Notes under the pieces: model-generated
The model's input: only the letters and a program-made list of their open reading frames with translations
Databases searched by the model: none
Told to the model about the DNA's origin: nothing
Position numbers and translations under genes: made by a program
Part shown: one piece after another, positions 58,656 through 64,000 of the stretch
How positions within the stretch are numbered: position 1 is the stretch's first letter
Layout of the letters: every line of letters starts with the position of its first letter
Assembly: GCA_964016885.1 (NCBI GenBank)
Contig: OZ024750.1
Coordinates: forward strand, 5,394,001-5,458,000
Source of the DNA: Eledone cirrhosa
Taxonomy: Eukaryota
Length of the DNA stretch: 64,000 bases
Direction of reading: 5' to 3'

Positions 58656-61062
58656 TATTATTTATTTACACTGTTGCTATTAGCACTACTACATAGAGTA
58701 TATATATTATTTATTTACACTGTTGCTATTAGCACTACTACATAGAGTATATATATTATTTATTTACACTGTTGCTATTAGCACTACTACATAGAGTATA
58801 TATATTATTTATTTACACTGTTGCTATTAGCACTACTACATAGAGTATATATATTATTTATTTACACTGTTGCTATTAGCACTACTACATAGAGTATATA
58901 TATTATTTATTTACACTGTTGCTATTAGCACTACTACATAGAGTATATATATTATTTATTTACACTGTTGCTATTAGCACTACTACATAGAGTATATATA
59001 TTATTTATTTACACTGTTGCTATTAGCATTACTACATAGAGTATATATATTATTTATTTACACTGTTGCTATTAGCACTACTACATAGAATATATATATT
59101 ATTTATTTACACTGTTGCTATTAGCACTACTACATAGAGTATATATATTATTTATTTACACTGTTGCTATTAGCACTACTACATAGAGTATATATATTAT
59201 TTATTTACACTGTTGCTATTAGCACTACTACATAGAATATATATATTATTTATTTACACTGTTGCTATTAGCACTACTACATAGAGTATATATATTATTT
59301 ATTTACACTGTTGCTATTAGCACTACTACATAGAGTATATATATTATTTATTTACACTGTTGCTATTAGCACTACTACATAGAGTATATATATTATTTAT
59401 TTACACTGTTGCTATTAGCACTACTACATAGAGTATATATATTATTTATTTACACTGTTGCTATTAGCACTACTACATAGAGTATATATATTATTTATTT
59501 ACACTGTTGCTATTAGCACTACTACATAGAGTATATATATTATTTATTTACACTGTTGCTATTAGCACTACTACATAGAGTATATATATTATTTATTTAC
59601 ACTGTTGCTATTAGCACTACTACATAGAGTATATATATTATTTATTTACACTGTTGCTATTAGCACTACTACATAGAATATATATATTATTTATTTACAC
59701 TGTTGCTATTAGCACTACTACATAGAGTATATATATTATTTATTTACACTGTTGCTATTAGCACTACTACATAGAGTATATATATTATTTATTTACACTG
59801 TTGCTATTAGCACTACTACATAGAGTATATATATTATTTATTTACACTGTTGCTATTAGCACTACTACATAGAGTATATATATTATTTATTTACACTGTT
59901 GCTATTAGCACTACTACATAGAGTATATATATTATTTATTTACACTGTTGCTATTAGCACTACTACATAGAATATATATATTATTTATTTACACTGTTGC
60001 TATTAGCACTACTACATAGAGTATATATATTATTTATTTACACTGTTGCTATTAGCACTACTACATAGAATATATATATTATTTATTTACACTGTTGCTA
60101 TTAGCACTACTACATAGAGTATATATATTATTTATTTACACTGTTGCTATTAGCACTACTACATAGAATATATATATTATTTATTTACACTGTTGCTATT
60201 AGCACTACTACATAGAGTATATATATTATTTATTTATACTGTTGCTATTAGCACTACTACATAGAGTATATATATTATTTATTTACACTGTTGCTATTAG
60301 CACTACTACATAGAGTATATATATTATTTATTTACACTGTTGCTATTAGCACTACTACATAGAGTATATATATTATTTATTTACACTGTTGCTATTAGCA
60401 CTACTACATAGAGTATATATATTATTTATTTACACTGTTGCTATTAGCACTACTACATAGAATATATATATTATTTATTTACACTGTTGCTATTAGCACT
60501 ACTACATAGAGTATATATATTATTTATTTACACTGTTGCTATTAGCACTACTACATAGAATATATATATTATTTATTTACACTGTTGCTATTAGCACTAC
60601 TACATAGAGTATATATATTATTTATTTACACTGTTGCTATTAGCACTACTACATAGAATATATATATTATTTATTTACACTGTTGCTATTAGCACTACTA
60701 CATAGAATATATATATTATTTATTTACACTGTTGCTATTAGCACTACTACATAGAGTATATATATTATTTATTTACACTGTTGCTATTAGCACTACTACA
60801 TAGAGTATATATATTATTTATTTACACTGTTGCTATTAGCACTACTACATAGAGTATATATATTATTTATTTACACTGTTGCTATTAGCACTACTACATA
60901 GAGTATATATATTATTTATTTACACTGTTGCTATTAGCACTACTACATAGAGTATATATATTATTTATTTACACTGTTGCTATTAGCACTACTACATAGA
61001 GTATATATATTATTTATTTACACTGTTGCTATTAGCACTACTACATAGAGTATATATATTAT
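58656..61062. repeat. 49-bp minisatellite (tattatttatttacactgttgctattagcactactacatagagtatata) x~49
   Basis: Directly visible and highly homogeneous. Confidence 0.95.
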
Positions 61063-61397
61063 TCCAAATTTGCTCAGTTCTTAAGACTGGTGATATTTCA
61101 TCTCCCAATCAATGTACTTTCTGCTGAATGTTTGTAGTTCCCAACAAAGCAGATTTATGATTAGTTGTTGTTATTGTTGTTATTATTATTATACGTCGGG
61201 TGGTTCAGGATTAGTGGGGTACCTGAGTCCCCTCTGGGTGTTACCCCCCCCATCCTATTGGAGAACTCTGTTATTTGCATTTTTATTGTTATTGTTATTT
61301 ATATTATTTACACATTATATCTGTAAAAACCTCCACTGTCCCTGTCTATTGTATTGTCCCCCATATGTAGACCTTGTGGCCAATAAAGAAATAATAG

Positions 61398-61735
61398 GGT
61401 GGTGGATTGGCAATATCAGTAGAGCATCAGACACCATGCTTTGTAGTATAGAATTATGGCCCTTTACGTTCTGTGTTCAAATTCCGCTGAGGTTAACTTT
61501 GCCTTTCATCCTTAAAGGGATCAATAAAATAAAGTACCAGTAATGCACTGGGGTAATTGCTGGCCTTGTGCCAAAAGTAGAAACAATTATTATTATTAAT
61601 CCTGGCAACGTTAGCTTTATCTTTCATCCTTACAGGTTCGGTAAAATAAAGTACCAGTAATGTACTGGTTGTGATTTAATCGACTTTCCCCTTTCCCCAT
61701 AATTGTTGGCCTTGTGCCTAAATCAGAAACCATTA
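61398..61735 (+). mobile_element. SINE family A plus a truncated second copy
   Basis: Similarity to 48420-48600. Confidence 0.75.
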
Positions 61736-64000
61736 TTTATCTATTTATTTATTATTTATTTATATTGTTGCTATTGACACTATTAGAAAAATGTCAATTA
61801 ATTCACTTCCACACCATTCTTTAACTGCAGTTAGACTTTGTAGAGAAATTACAAGAATGGAATTTTCTCTGACAGCAATACAAAGACTCTATTGTGAGAG
61901 AAGAGAATCCAACATCTCAACTAAACACATAATATACAACACAATAGTTAATGAAGACATGACCTTCGATTATATTAACATTGATGAGATTTAACTATGC
62001 TTGGGTCTCAAATAATCCTCTACCCTCGCTTCTTTCATATTCTTTCTAACCCCCACCCTGCTGTTAAACCAGTAGTAAACTAGTTAGACCCTAATTCAAC
62101 AGAATACTCAATATTTGGGATAGGAGAGTAAGACTATATCAGAAAGAGTTGGGGGTCCAATGGGTGAGCTCTTGAAATGGCAAGAGCTCAGCCAACTCTT
62201 TCTAATATATATATATCATCATCATCATCATCATCACCGTTTTACGTCTGTTCCTCCATGCTAGCATGGGTTAGACGGGTTGTCCTGTTGTGGGCAGTGT
62301 CCGGTCGGCTGGCCATGTGTTGCTCATACAGGAACTGATTCTGGCTTGATTTCTACAGCTGGATGCCCTTCCTAACACCAACCTCATTTACAGTGAGTGG
62401 TGGGTGCTTTTTTCCATGGCGCCTACATGTCAACGTTACAGTGTGGGTTGGGTGCTTTTTTATCGTGGCACCTCCACGACCATGTTGCAGACCATGTTGT
62501 TGTCTATATGCTTCAGCTTTGGCTTGTACCTGTGGGGGGGGGGGGGTCTTCTGTATTACTGTGTGACACCAGAGGTCACGGTCGTGTGTCATTGGTTAAG
62601 GTCAGCTATATATATAACGAAGGAAGTGTGGTAAGGAACCACCAGGTGGACCATAATGCACCAGAGTACTCGATACTTAGGGTAGTAGAGTGGGTAATAG
62701 GAAAAGAGTCAGGTCCCTGACGGCTGAGCTCTGGCCGTTTCGACAGAGTTCAGGTCTAGCTGTCGAAACGGCCGGAGCTCAGCCGTTGGGGTCCTGACTC
62801 TTTTCCTATATATATATATATATACATATATATACATACACATAATATGGTATATAGTCAATCCATTGGTAATCGGGAGGTGTATATTAGCATATGGTAA
62901 TAAAATATCCCACAGTTTCATCAATAAAAATTAAAACAAAGGAATTAATTTTATGCTGTAAGAAAGAAAGAGAGTAGAGCTCAGTTTTTAGGTCATTCAC
63001 AAAGAACAAACGGAAATGGCAAAAATAAAAGTGAATGGTGGTGGGATGGTGGGATGGTTAATTTCAGGAAAAATGTGTTTACAATGAAATCCTCGTAGTG
63101 AAATGAATAACAGAAGTGATTTGAGCGGAGTAGTGTATTACAGTCACAACAGAGATTTTCAGCAAAGACAGATAAGGTGCGAGAGTGTAAGATGCATGTC
63201 TGTGTTCTAGAGCCAAGGGAAATAAGGTGTGAGTATATGTTATGTATGTGTGTGTGTGTGTGTGTGTGTAAGAGAGTATGTGTATGTGTTCAGGTGAACA
63301 TGTGCTGGTGTGTATATTCTTCTGTGTAGATGGTGTGAATAAGGTCTAATAGTATGTGTATGTGATGGATGGGTAATGTGTGTGTTTGTGTGCTATGGAT
63401 GGGTGATGTGTGTGTGTTGAGACAGAGGAGGTTGTGAAATGGACATGAAGGCATTAATCAGAGTATTTCAGAGAGAGACAGTGTTAGTAAGAGAAACCCC
63501 TTGGGTGAGATGTGTTTAGACAGAAGATTAGTTGTTATTCACAAAGCAAGCAGGAGAGAAGTGGGTGAGAGAAGATCTTTAGTGTAAAATAAACATCACA
63601 GTTTAATAGTGTTTGATTATACTACAATGTTGTTTTACATGGTATTTTACATGATATATAACACCACCACAGTATAATAGGGTAACTATATATACACATC
63701 ATATTAGATTCATATGTATTGAAACAGTCATGCAAATAAATGTCCCCATGTATATGTATATATATACACAGTATATGCATATTATATATATATATATATA
63801 TATATACAGTATATGCCTATTAACCTTATCAGATTAAAATGGCAGCTATTTAAGACAAACAAACAAAACCACCCAGTATAAAGTATGAGGGGTTTCTTTA
63901 CATAATCCCAACACTAGAAATTAGTGTCGTGTCAGGAAAAATCTAAAATGATGATGATGATGATGATTGAGATGATGATGATGATGATTACGAGATGATA

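Noticed and set aside
58656-61062. CRISPR-like array
   Set aside because: Homogeneous 49-bp tandem repeat without unique spacers.

Overview
AT-rich, repeat-dense eukaryotic genomic DNA. The SINE/MITE/LINE content and the abundant (TA)n tracts suggest an octopod cephalopod (inference). One protein-coding gene is supported: a minus-strand CREBRF/REPTOR-family bZIP transcription factor. Six coding exons were reconstructed by hand (52411-51112, 41907-41800, 40647-40257, 39365-39292, 37680-37534, 36659-36508). All have GT-AG junctions and consistent phases, giving 723 aa plus stop; the 5'-most exon was not located. The rest is microsatellite, minisatellite, tRNA-derived SINE, piggyBac- and Tc1/mariner-type MITE and LINE remnant sequence. 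The most notable non-coding signal is a set of unrelated short elements, mostly in or beside (TA)n tracts, that carry type I hammerhead ribozyme cores (CUGANGA...GAAA...UH). Two of these form long near-perfect palindromes with a ribozyme on each strand (13430-13754, 27555-28050), resembling Penelope-like pLTR/retrozyme-type non-autonomous elements. Fold-back inversions of SINEs plus their flanks and nested transposon insertions with visible target-site duplications are also present. Nearly all ORFs in the supplied track are low-complexity artefacts.
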